NCBI GenBank assembly: GCA_963514005.1
Contig: OY740813.1
Location: 15,252,001-15,311,690 of the forward strand
Source of the DNA: Raja brachyura
Taxonomy: Eukaryota
Direction of reading: 5' to 3'
DNA length: 59,690 nucleotides
A model generated the notes under the pieces. It worked only from the letters and a program-made list of their open reading frames with translations. It did not search any database and had not been told where the DNA came from. The translations under genes were made by a program, and so were the position numbers. Within the stretch, counting starts at the first letter, position 1. Every line of letters begins with the position of its first letter. Below are positions 1 to 13,000 of the stretch, piece by piece.

Positions 1-70
1 CACTATCCCAGGGATCAATCTCGTCAACGTACGCTGCACTGCCTCATTCACAAGGATGTCCTTCCTCAAG
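1..70 (-). mobile_element. CR1-type LINE fragment (ORF2 C-terminal region)
   Basis: Reverse complement reads LRKDIL..EAVQRTLTRLIPG, homologous to 7230..7295 of the long CR1 in this window. Confidence 0.6.
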
Positions 71-299
71 GATATCTGGAAATCTTTTTGGAATATGTGT
101 CCATTTCCACAATTGTTGCATGCTAGTAACAAATTTATTAACTCATGTATTTACAGCTCTGTCTTTTCCGTTTAAAAAAAAAAATTGAAATTGTAATTGG
201 ATTCCTGTGACTGAATCAAATATTTGCTATAGATCTGTGACTCTTTAAATATAACAATCAAATATTCCTCTTTTGTCTTTAGTATAGTCTTCCATGTTA

Positions 300-490
300 A
301 TAATAGTCATACACAATGCAAACAGGCCCTTCGGCCCAATTTGTACATGTTGACCAAAATGCCCATTTAAACTAACACTATTTGCCTGCATTTGCCCCAT
401 ATCCCCCTTTAAACCTTTCCTTTCCATGTACACATCCAGATGTCTTTTTTTAAGTTGTACCTGCCTCCACCATTTTGTCCAGCAGCTTGG
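300..490 (-). mobile_element. CR1 LINE 3' end fragment
   Basis: Reverse-strand similarity to CR1 3' tails at 13560..13790 and 41400..41590. Confidence 0.5.
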
Positions 491-911
491 TCCATATATA
501 TGCAATGATGATGGCTTTGTCCTCGCTGTTTTTACTGTTTCCCTTTATTTTAACACAAAATTAAATTTGGGTGTTCTACAGGATAGTTCTGAATGCTGTC
601 CAATTAAATACAAAAGGAGTCCACTGTTCTGGAGCTTCAACTTTAATTTCAAGCTGTTATTGTGCACAATATTTGCTTTAGAAATGTCCATACATTGACG
701 AGTTCAATCAAAGTAAAATCAAGCTCTTTCATGCCTTCAATAAAATATTATGGCCGTTATTGTAGATATGTTGGCATGAAAATGTCTTATTTTCCAGAGG
801 TGTGAATGTTTTAAGTTAATGACATACATAAACTCAAAAATCCAGTTGAAGGTGCTTATAACTTTGGAAAAAACATGGTTGTGTTAAATTCCATATTTTT
901 GTGACTTTCAG

Positions 912-1004
912 GGAGCAACTGCGGTGGGAGGAGCTGGCGTCCTGCCGAGCATTTGTCTACCACTTCTCAGTGTTTATCAGCTGAGTGCCAATGGCACCAC
1001 TCAG
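912..1004 (+). CDS. NUP188: NUP188 exon ([31 protein letters not shown])
   Basis: tttcag acceptor, gtactg donor, 93 nt, phase 0-0. Confidence 0.9.
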
Positions 1005-4000
1005 GTACTGTAATACAATCGCTGTTACAAGGACTGATGAGAGTTGTTTCATTGTAATCCATTAGGGTGTCCTGTAGTCAACGTCTATAAAATATAGATG
1101 CACAAAGGTCTTGTTTGAAATGAACCCTGATATTTTATGAACGCGTCCAGTTTTGAAAGCTTTATTAGGAAATGTGTTCATGTATCATCAAGAATGAGGA
1201 TATTACAGAAAACTGTAGATGAAGCGAAATACTTCACAGTTACTAGTGGGTCTTTTGGGGAAGTGTTGGTTGTGAAAGGAAGCAAATTAATTCTAATTTA
1301 TTGGATTAGATTATACAGAGACACAAAACACTGCAGATGCTGGAACCCGGAGGAAAAATACAAAATACAAACCTCTGGTGGAGCTGAGTGAATCTTCAGT
1401 CAGGTCTGAAGAAGGGTCTTGGACCAAAACATTGTCTGTACATTCTCTCCACAGACACTGCCTGACCCACTGAGTTCCTCCAGAAGTTTCTTTTTTGGAT
1501 TAGATTACATGTTTTCTGGATGGTCCTAGTTTGATGGCTAAATTATTGTTCAGGATCAACTTGGACATTTTATCACTTACAATCCATTATAATTCTGGTC
1601 TCAGTGCTTTATAATATACTTTGTTCAAACTGAAAATTGTAACAGGTGATTTCTAAATGGATATTAAATTTGACAATTTTAACTTCTAATTTTATAATCT
1701 CTGCTGTTTCTTTATCATTTTCGCTGACCATTTTATTCCTTTCAAGTGAGTTGATTTGAATCAAATAGATGTTTTTGGTCCAGCAGCTATCGTAGAATTG
1801 TAATAAAAATCAAGTTTTCAACATAATGCAAGAAACTAAAATAAGTATGTCACTGGAAAATGCTGAGTGTCAATCAGTTTATAACTCGGGTTACATGTCG
1901 ACGTCTCAAATCTTTGGTGTAAATGGATCAGATGTGCTTATAAATTGAAATCAATCTTAAGGTTCTGAGAAGCAAACTTACTTTTACAAACAGACGGAAA
2001 TGTTTATGATGTGTGTTATTAGATGTTCTGTTTCAGTAGTGTTTTCCTTTTAGATGTGATGCTTACATGATTTGTCAAGTAAAGAGCCTACTGGTATTTA
2101 ATCTCCTCAATATCGTCCTTTTTCTTTTTATATTTCAGACTTTGGGATCTTCCCGAAAATCTCTGGATGCTCCATCCTGGCCAGGAGTTTATAGGCTCAC
2201 TATGTCATTGATGGAAAGACTTTTAAAGTCACTACGCTACAACTTCCTCACAGAAGCATTAGACTTTGTTGGAGTCCATCAGGAGCGGATACTTCAGGCA
2301 GGGTCAAAGTTTTTCATCCTTTTAAAATTTAATCTGCACTTTAATAAAATCAACGAAATATTCCTCCCCGACTGACGGCTGTAGCGGCAGATTTTCATAT
2401 CTTTCGAGAAATTAACTCTCTAGCCGCTAAATTGATGAGCATGGATAAGGGGAATATCTTCGATAGGCATGCGAGCTTCAGAGCTTATTCACAGATATGG
2501 CTTCAAAGCACATTTTGATGAATAAATGCTTCATTGTTGGTAGAAAACAGTAAGATACATCCAAATTTCTTCCGACTCGTTACGACAATCTTCATCGAAC
2601 TTCAGCTTATTACTTTAAACATTAGAAAACTCCTCGGGTCTCCACATGATCTTGACTCCTCGCAAGATCTCCTTTAGACCTCGCATAGTCGAAGGGTTAA
2701 CCTTCTCCATGGTCTCTCCAAACGACACTAACTCCTAAGCTTTTGCGCAAGATACATAGCCCAAAACACGCCCAAAAATACGTCATAAATCCCACCAACG
2801 ATATAACGGGCAGTCAAAAATTTAAATTACATGCAAAACAAGCCAAATGGCCACTACAACGGCCACAATTAAAACATTAGTAAGTCATGAGGGCTATTTA
2901 TACACCTGTTATGCTCATGGTTTAGTTCTAATGCGACTCTAAAATGTACGTGAACCTCCCTGCCTGACTGGCGCCACCACTGCCTGAGGCTGGTTGACGA
3001 GATGGAAAATGTTGGGGAGAGTCCGCTGGCTGTTCAGTCTTCAGTATTATCAACTTTTGATAGCGGTGCACGCAGCTTTCCGTTTGAAGTTGAATTTGAG
3101 TAGTTAAACAGCGTATTTGTTTGACTTTATTATTCTGTCTGCGTAACAGCCCATCGTGTCACAAAATGTTACAAAATAATGTACATTTTGAAGTATATCT
3201 AATTGAAGTTTCTTGCATGCGGCCTTATTAGATTACAGCTAACTTAATGCGGCATTCCACCATGAAAAGGTTGGAAATGGTTCCCCACCCTGCTCCAGTC
3301 CACTTGCCAGAAATGAGATGAGATTTAGAACATTGCTTCCTGACCACTAGATGGTGCATTTTACAGAAGAATATCAATAATTTAGTGGAGCCACAAAGAA
3401 CTGCAGATGATGGAATTTTGAGCAAATCACAAAATACTGGAGAAACTCGGCAGGTCCCTCTACAGATGCTACCTGACCCGCTGAGTTTCTCCATTAATTT
3501 AATGTTGAATATTCCAGAATATTTTACCTCACCAAGGATTTATTAATGCCAGGCTGTCCAGGATCAGGTCTGAAAATTATGGAAACATTCAAATGTTTAA
3601 TCATCTTACCGTCACAATTGAGGAACATAACAAATAACTGTATATGCTTGCAGTTTTTTTTTTAAATGATGGAAGATAGAAATTATAAGCCAAATATCAT
3701 AAGTAGACAAAAAAATGCTAGAGAAACTCAGCGGGTGAGGCAGCATCTATGGAGAAAAGGAGTCGGCGACATTTCAGGTCCAGACCCTCCTGACCTATGT
3801 CTACTTTGAAGAAGTTCTCCTCTCTCCGAATATTATTCCAGCATCTGCAATTCCCTCTTAAACAGGCCAAATATCATCTTCTGTGCCATAAATTTATGAT
3901 TTGATCATGTCAAACATGGTATGTTGATGTTAGGTGCCACAAAATATATTCCTTCTCTCCATAGATGCTGCCTCACCTGCTGAGTTTATCCAGCATTTTT

Positions 4001-7000
4001 CTTGTCTACCTTCGATATTTCCAGCATCTGCAGTTCTTTCTTAACCACAAAATATGTTATTATCTTTGTCCATTCTCTTATAGTGCTTGGATGCAGTTCG
4101 AAAGGTGCAGAGCTTGGCTTGTCTCGATGAAGTTGATCATACGGTTGGATTTATTCTTCAACTTTCCAACTTCATCAAAGAGTGGCGGTTTCACCTACCG
4201 CAGCTGCTTAGAGATGTGCAGGTATTCTTCACATAGAAAAAATATAATCTTGAACAGGTGAAATCAGGCTCTTCGACCCACTGAGTCCACATTGACCAAC
4301 GATCACCTGTTTACACTACTTCTATGTTATCCCACTGTCTTATTCATTTCCTACACACGAGGGGCAAGAGAGAGGCAGTTAACCTACAAACCAGCATGTC
4401 AATGGGATGTGGGTGGAAACTCTCATGGTCATAGGGAGAACGTGCAAACTCCATACAAATAGCATCCGAGATCAGGAATGAACCTGGATCTGTGGTGCTG
4501 TGACAAACACTAAAAGTGCTGGAGTAACTCAACAGGTTAAGCAGCATCTCTGGGGGAAAAAGGATGGGTGATATTTTAGTTGAGGACCCTTCTTCAGACA
4601 GGAGGTGGGTGGGTGTTGAAGAGCTGGAGGTGAGTGAAGACCAGGACCAATCGGGGCCAGCCACAAATGATATCCTGCAGGGTGCGGGTATCTGGTAAGC
4701 CCATTTTTTGGCTAGTGAGGGTGTGATTTCAAGAGGAAAATAATGTGGTGAACTGGAACGGGTAAAATGACTGGGGTGGAGGATGGGGGGGGGGGAGAAG
4801 AGAGGAGAGCAAGTAGAAGTTACTTAAAATTAAACAATTCAATATTTATACCGCTGCTTTATAAGCTACCCAAACGAAATATGAGGTACTCTTCTTCCAA
4901 TTTGCGTGTGGCCTTACTCTGGCAAAGGAGGAGACCCAGGACAGAAAGGTCAGAAGGGGAAGGGGATTGAAATGGTTGGTAACCGGGAGATCCCATAGCC
5001 CTAGGAGATCCGAGTGTAAGTGTTCAGCAAAATGGTCGCCGAGTCTACATTTGGTCTCACCGATGTACAGGAGCCACATCAGGAACACAGGATACAGTAG
5101 AAGATGGACACAAAATGTTTGAGTTACTCCAGCATTTTGTGTCTATCTTCGGTTAACTCACTGAGTTACTCCAGCATTTTGTGTCTATGGTGTAAACTCC
5201 AGTAGTATTGGAGTTGGGGATAGCATCAAACAGGAAATTAGAAATGCGTGCAACAAGGGTAACACGGTTATAATGGGTGACTTCAATCTGCATGTAGATT
5301 GGGTGAATCAAATTGGCAGGGGTGCTGAGGAAGAGGATTTCCTGGAATGTATGCGGGATGGTTTTCTCAACCAACATGTGGAGGAACCAACGAGAGAGCA
5401 GGCTATTCTAGACTGGGTATTGAGTAATGAGGAAGGGTTAGTTAGCAGTCTTGTTGTGCGTGGCCCCTTGGGCAAGAGTGACCATAATATGGTTGAGTTC
5501 TTCATTAGGATGGAGAGTGACAAAATTAAGTCAGAAACAAGGGTTCTGAACTTGAACAAAGGTAACTTTGAAGGTATGAGATGTGAATTGGCCAAGATAG
5601 ACTGGCAGGTGATTCTTAAAGGGTTGACAGTGGATGTGCAATGGAAGGTATTTAAAGATTGCATGGATGAAGTACAAAAGTTGTTCATACCAGTTTGGCA
5701 AAAGAATAAATCGGGGAAGGTGGTGCATCCATGGATAACAAGGGAAATCAGGGATAGTATAAAAACAAAAGATGAGGCATACAAATTTGCCAGAAAAAGC
5801 AGCCTACCGGAGGAATTCAGAATCCAGCAGAGGAGGACAAAGGGCTTAATTAGGAAAGGGAAAATAGATTATGAAAGGAAACTGGCAGGGAACATAAAAA
5901 CTGACTGCAAAAGTTTTTATAGATATGTGAAGAGAAAGAGACTACTTAAAACAAATGTTGGTCCCTTGCAGTCAGAAACAGGTGAATTGATCATGGGGAA
6001 CAAGGACATGGCAGACCAATTGAATAACTACTTTGGTTCTGTCTTCACTAAGGAAGACATAAATAATGTGCCGGAAATAGCAGTGGAACGGGGGTCAAAT
6101 AAGATGGAGGAACTGAGTGAAATCCAGGTTAGCCGGGAGGTGGTGTTGGGTAAATTGAACGGATTGAAGGCCGATAAATCCCCAGGGCCAGATAGTCTGC
6201 ATCCCAGAGTACTCAAGGAGGTAGCCACAGAAATAGTGGATGCATTAGTGATAATTTTTCAAAATTCCTTAGATTCTGGAGTAGTTCCTGAGGATTGGAG
6301 GGTAGCTAATGTAACCCCACTTTTTAAAAAAGGAGGGAGAGAGAAAGCGGGGAATTAAAGACCAGTTAGTCTAACATCGGTAGTGGGGAAACTGCTAGAG
6401 TCAGTTATTAAAGATGGGATAGCAGCGCATTTGGAAAGTGGTGACATCATTGGACAAAGTCAGCATGGATTTACGAAAGGTAAATCATGTCTGACAAATC
6501 TGATAGAATTTTTCGAGGATGTAACTAGTAGAGTGGATAAGGGAGAACCAGTGGATGTGTTATATCTAGACTTTCAGAAGGCTTTCGACAAGGTCCCGCA
6601 TAAGAGATTAGCATACAAACTTAAAGCACACGGTATTGGGGGTTCAGTATTGATGTGGATAGAGAACTGGCTAGCAGACAGGAGGCAAAGGGTAGGAGTA
6701 AACGGGTCCTTTTCAGAATGGCAGGCAGTGACTAGTGGGGTGCCGCAAAGCTCAGTGCTGGGACCCCAGCTATTTACAATATATATTAATGATTTGGATG
6801 AGGGAATTCAATGCAACATCTCCAAATTTACAGATGATACCAAGCTGGGGGGTATAGTTAAGTGTGAGGAGGATGCTTGGAGGCTGCAGGGTGATTTGGA
6901 TAGGCTGAGTGAATGGGCAGATGCATGGCAGATGCAGTATAATGTGGATAAATGTGAGGTTATCCACTTTGGTGGCAAAAACATGAGGGTAGACTATTAT

Positions 7001-10000
7001 CTGAATGGTGGCAGATTAGGAAAGGGGGAGATGCAACGAGACCTGGGTGTCATGGTACACCAGTCATTGAAAGTAGGCATGCAGGTGCAGCAGGCAGTGA
7101 AGAAAGCAAATGGTATGTTAGCATTCATAGCGAAAGGATTTGAGTATAGGAGCAGGGAGGTTCTACTGCAGTTGTACAGGGTTTTGGTGAGGCCACACCT
7201 GGAGTATTGCGTACAGTTTTGGTCTCCAAATCTGAGGAAAGACATCCTTGCCATAGAGGGGGTACAGAGAAGATTCACCAGACTGATTCCTGGGATGTCA
7301 GGACTTTCATATGAGGAAAGATTGGATAGACTCGGCTTGTACTCGCTGGAATTTAGAAGATTGAGGGGGGATCTTATAGAAACTTACAAAATTCTTAAGG
7401 GGTTGGACAAGCTAGATGCTGGAAGATTGTTCCCGATGTTGGGGGAGTCCAGAACAAGGGGTCACAGTCTAAGGATAAGGGGGAGTTCCTTTAGGACCGA
7501 AATGAGGAAAACATTCTTTACACAGAGAGTGGTGAGTCTCTGGAATTCTCTGCCACAGAAGGTAGTTGAGGCCAGTTCATTGGCTATATTTAAGAGGGCG
7601 TTAGATGTGGCACTTGTGGCTAAAGGGATCAGGGAGTATGGAGAGAAGGCAGGTACGGGATACTGAGTTGCATGATCAGCCATGATCGCATTGAATGGCG
7701 GTGCAGGCTCGAAGGGCCGAATGGCCTACTCCTGCACCTATTTTCTATGTTTCTAAACCAGTATCTGCAGTTCCTTCCTGTACACCGGATGCAGTTGATG
7801 AAGTTAGAGGAGGTACATGAAAGAGGTTCCTGGATGCAGTCGAGGGACGAAGTATAAGGACAAGTATGATGTCTCCTGGGGCGTCTGCAATTTCTTCTCT
7901 AGCTTCCCATTGTGTCCTCGGATATATCTGATCCGGGCCGTGAGATTTATCTATCGTCATACGCCATAGAACGTTCAGCATCTCCACGACTGTTATGCAA
8001 ACTGTCCTCAAGATAGCTCCATTAACTATCCCAAGTTCCCAGTCTTCACGTCTCATTGAGGACCTTGATTGTTCTGTGTTTTGCAGGTAAATCTGTGTTA
8101 CCTCTGCCAGACATGTACCTTTCTGCTACATAGCCCCAAAGTGCTTCAACATTACCTGCAGGTCAGTATAAAGTTGTTCCTCTGAAATGGGTTTTGTCCA
8201 TTAAATGTTAAATATTACAAGTTGTAAGCAAGCTTTTCAAATGCTCTATTATTGATAATTAAGGCAGTGGAGATATTTCTAATAAATTGTCAATAAATGA
8301 TTTACTATATTATGTAATTGTGCATTTGAGTAATACAGGTCCACCGCCCATTTTCTGGCAACTGGTGGTCCGACACCTCTTTTAATCCGGAAAAAATTCC
8401 AATCAGAGGGTCCGGTTTGCCCCCCTGCGGTCTGGTCTCTGGAACACCAGCCTGGCCATAGCCGACTTCCACGGCTGATCGGTGGACCAAATATGTCCCC
8501 TGCTACCGGGACACTGGAACTGTGGCCTGGCTGGAGCCGACAATTCTGTTCCCATAGTCGACTTCCGAGGCTGACTTTGCGGGCTGGTATCTCGGCTCCC
8601 GGTGACCTAGGCGGACCGTTCCTGTACAATTTGACTCCTCTCGGAGGACCTGACCTCTGCTGTTCTGGCAAAATGGATAATCCGGCATGGCTCTGAAACC
8701 AAGGGTGCTTGGAAATCGGTGGTGGACATGTAGCTTGAGCATTTAAATCTTAAATTCAGATAAGATACTCTGCTGGAAAGCTGCTTATGTACAAAATACT
8801 GTTTTTGTACAAAACAGAAATAAGTTGTATTTCTTCACCAAAACTGGCTCATGATAAAGATGAATTGTGGCGTACATTTGACAGATGCTTTCCAACAAAA
8901 CTCGCTGTAGTATATGCTGGAAATGTTGCATGAAGCAGTGTTTTCAATTAATTGTCTTCGATCTATTTTGAATATCTTTTCAAAACAAAAGCCTCTTTAA
9001 ATTTCTGTTCTCAGCAAGCATTTGGAGGTTGAATCAGATCTCCATTTCTCCATTTCTACACTGCCGATGTTGATGACTTTGGCTTTGAGGCAAATCTACA
9101 GGAAAGCCTGTACAATAATGACATCAAATATGATTGTATTCTATTTCGCAGGTGAAGAATGGAGATACAATTCCACCTGCAATTGTACCTCGGCAGTCAA
9201 AACCTGCTCAGACACCCAAAAAACAGCAGGACATAGAAAGAGATGAGATGGAACAGCGTGCAGTGCTAAAAGTCCAATCCAGTCTGCTCCGAATTCTGAG
9301 CAAAACATTGGCAGCTATTCGACACTTTACACCAGATCTATGCCAGATATTGCTAGACCAGGTAAATAGTTGTTGCCTATGCATATTTGGTATGAAACAA
9401 TAAGGATGGATGCAGGTATAAGAGATTGCAGATGCTGAAATCTGGAGCAAAAGACAAACTGCTGGAGAAACTCATTGTGTCAAGCATCGGGTGGGGGGGG
9501 GGGGGGGGAGAGAGAGGGGGGGGGGAGGATGGAGTGGGTAGGAATTGTCAACGTCTCAGGTCAAGTCACTTCATCTGACTTAAAAGTGGAAAGAGGAGGT
9601 GGGAAGGAATGAAATGGGCTTCTTAACACCTTTTGCCCCAGATATAGATCCAGTAATTCTTGTGCTAACTGATGTATCGCACAGAAATAGACCCTTCAGC
9701 CTACCACATCCATACTAAACTTAATGCTTTGGCTTTAAATTATAAAAAGCTATTTTTATGATCTATGGCACAGCTCCAGTCAATAGGTCTCACTTCAGCT
9801 GCACCTCTAGTGTTGCACTACATTTAAATCAGTGCTATTAACTTTGAGGATGTGAGGAAGAATCAGAACCCATTCATTAATTTAATCCAGCTGCAATTTA
9901 AAATGCCATTAAGAACAAACAGCCTTCTTTTCAAAACACTATTTATGGCTAGATGTTATTGCCATATTCTTCCATTGTTGTTGTTCATTCCTTTGACTTT

Positions 10001-13000
10001 CATTCCTTTCATTCATTGGAGCTTTGAGGAAATACCATGTTCTATGTAGTTTTTTGGCATCCCCAAAAGCCTGGTCAATGTGCTAGTTCCATTACAGTGA
10101 CAAATATACCCTACGTTTTGAATTTTCGTAATCTATTTATGTAGTTTGTCATTTCTTGATTTGGGATTTCGATGGTGAATATTTTGTGTGTAGAGAATTA
10201 TTATAAGGTTGAAGTCTTGAATCTGCTGGGCAGTAGCTTACTTTTATATGTGAGCAGAGTAGATACCACCTTCTGAACTCCCATTCTGAACTAATTTATT
10301 TGTCCCTACAGTCCTTGGACCTGGCAGAATATGATATGCTCTTTGTTTTGAGCTTTACAACTCCAGCATTTGATTCTGACGTCGCTCCATCATTTGGAAC
10401 TCTTCTTGCAACTGTGAATGTTGTTCTGAACATGCAGGGAGAGGTAAGGGATTATGAAAGCTTGACCATACCAAAAATGCATGCCAATCTATGATGATGG
10501 ATGAAAATTAGACAACGGCTGCAAGTTACTCCATTTCTCAGGTTTTGATATGGCTTCTGTTAGTTTATTCACAATTGAAATTGAGTATTATTTTCATAGC
10601 AATGAAGCACCGTTGACTTTACCAAGGGTAATTTTTGATATTGCCAAAGACTGACACCTGCTGCATAATTCCACAAATATTGGCAACTTTCCAGTATATA
10701 ATCTGGTATTTTTTAATGCAAGAGCCTCGGCTTTGATTGTCAGTAGACTATTTGACCTGATTTGCTTGCCAGATATCCTCGCAAAACATTATTGGAGATC
10801 CTAAACAAACTTATGATGCCCTTGGGGAGATGCGGTTCCTTGGTAGAGCATTGTATCTGCATACGGGTGTTTCCTGGTCTGAACAGCTAAATCTTATTCA
10901 GATGATAGATGACCAGACTACCGCACTACCAGACTCAGGAACAGCTTCATTCCCAGAGCTACAGCGGCTCTGAATGGGCCCTGTTGAGTACCCCCCCCCC
11001 ACCCCCATGGACTGTCTCCCCCGGCCTCGCACTTTAGTCTGTGTTGATGTTACTGGTCAAATGTTCGTTTTCACAAACCTTGTTCTCGGGGGTTGCAAAC
11101 CGAAATCTCGAAGTTGCAAACCAAATCTCGTTGCACTTATGTGTAATGACAATAAAATATATTATTATTATTATTAGACACAAAAAGCTGGAGTAACCCA
11201 GCGGGACAGGCAGCATCTCTAGAGAGAAGGAATGGGTAACGTTTTGGGTCGAGACCGTTCTTCAGACACGTTTACTTAGCTGTCGGGGATAGTGCAAAAC
11301 TAATTTTGTTGCAAAAAAATATTTTTTAAAGCTAGTCAGTGAGTGGCAGTTTTTTTTAGCAGCTGTCAATTATGTTTTGAGTTTTTCTTATTTGTGGGCA
11401 AAACTCTATTTCATATACGCCTTTCAGATCTTACTAAAAGATGGAGAGCAAATCATCTGTGCTGGGCTTTTACAAGTATTTCAAATTGTGGGAAAATTAC
11501 AATCAAATTGAAATATTGAGCTCAGAATCCCAACAATGAGTTGGGGAAGTTGCTTAGAATTGCGATCAGGTACCCTCGTGCTGCAGGAGCACTTCACCAG
11601 AGACTGCAGTGGTTCTTACTTCATCCTCTCAAGGGCAGTTCGGAATGAGCAATAAATGCTTCCCCTGCCAGCAATGCACAGATCCCCCCGAACAATAAAT
11701 ACAAATTGTTGTTATGCCTGTATAAATGAGGCTTGACAATCTGTATGCAGTGGTATATCTGTTAATAGACAGATTTGTTCTTACCTTTATTGGAAATTAT
11801 GTGAAGCGGAACAGAATGTTTAGCAACTATCATGCTTTATCTAAGCATCGTTTATAAATTTGGGGGAAAGCTCAACTCTTTCTCCTAGGTTTTTTTGTTT
11901 AATTGTATTCAGGCACATGGTTTCTCATTGTACCAGGAACACCTAACTTAATAATGAATTTGTCCTACAATGTAATACTGTTGCACTGAAATAAAAAGAG
12001 AAGATGTTGGGAATATTCAGTAGTTCAGTGTATTTGGAGAGAGAAAAACCAGTTAATGTTTCAGGTTGATGACTTTTCACCAAAATTGTAGATAGATAGG
12101 AAAGGAGAGAACAATGATTCTAATAAAGATTGAAATCTGCTCAATAAGTGCAATACTTGTTTTGTGACCGATATAAGAGGTCAAACTCTTATTGGTTGCA
12201 AAGTCCTGGAAAATACGGAGGGATGAGACTCTACCATGGTTGCAATTTGTTAGTTGTCCTTTGCTGGCAGATACATTAATTTGGAAACATTTCAAAATCT
12301 GCTCAGCTGCTTTGCAACTTCTAGAACCATTTGTTGATACAAAAGTAAAAGATGAGTAAGATACCAAAAGGCATTGTTTCCATTGAGCTCTACCCCTGGT
12401 GGAGGAATGAGGCATGATCGGGCAAAATTGCTGAAGACTGTGGTAAATAATATGATAAAGTACTCAGTTTTTGCTTCTGGCATAATAATCTGATCTTGGG
12501 ATCCAAATCCATAACCCCCTGAAAGTGGCAACTAAAGTAGATACAATGGTAAAGACGGCCCTTGGTATGCTTGCTTTCATAGGTTGGGGTTTTGAGTATA
12601 AAAGTTAGGAAGTCATCATGCAGCTTTATAGGGTGTTGGTTAGGCTAATGGGCCTGTCTGACTTCGGTGACTTTTTAGGCGACTGCAGGAGATTATGCGG
12701 TTGCCACATGTTCGCGGGTGGTTGCCGGGTAGTTGCCTTCATGGCCGTGAGGAGGTTCCGCATTCTGGGAACTAGTTGGGGCCTCATTATGGTCGCCGCA
12801 ATTTTTTCAGCATGTTGTAAAATTAGCGGCGACCAAAATGAAGTCGCCATGGAGAGTAGCGAGAATCCTCGTGCTGTAGGTGCAGTGGTAGTGGGTAGCA
12901 AGGAGGTCGTAGGTTGTAGCCGGTGCTGACGGGTGAATTTCATTGGCTCATTGGGAAAAAAAACGTAAGCAGTAGTTTTCAGAACCAAGGATAACCGACC

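Noticed and set aside
2350-3170. Hidden ORF in the CpG-rich segment, including reversed-only and complement-only readings
   Set aside because: The frames I translated stop within about 60 codons and give no recognisable motif; an SFRAY match to RAPGEF1 is a chance 5-mer
5308-7683. Minus-strand ORFs (158, 93, 73 aa etc.) over the CR1
   Set aside because: Antisense shadows of the LINE ORF2
9488-9530. Poly-G runs (also 33245..33269) as G-quadruplex elements
   Set aside because: Homopolymers inside repeats; unstable and error-prone, no evidence of function
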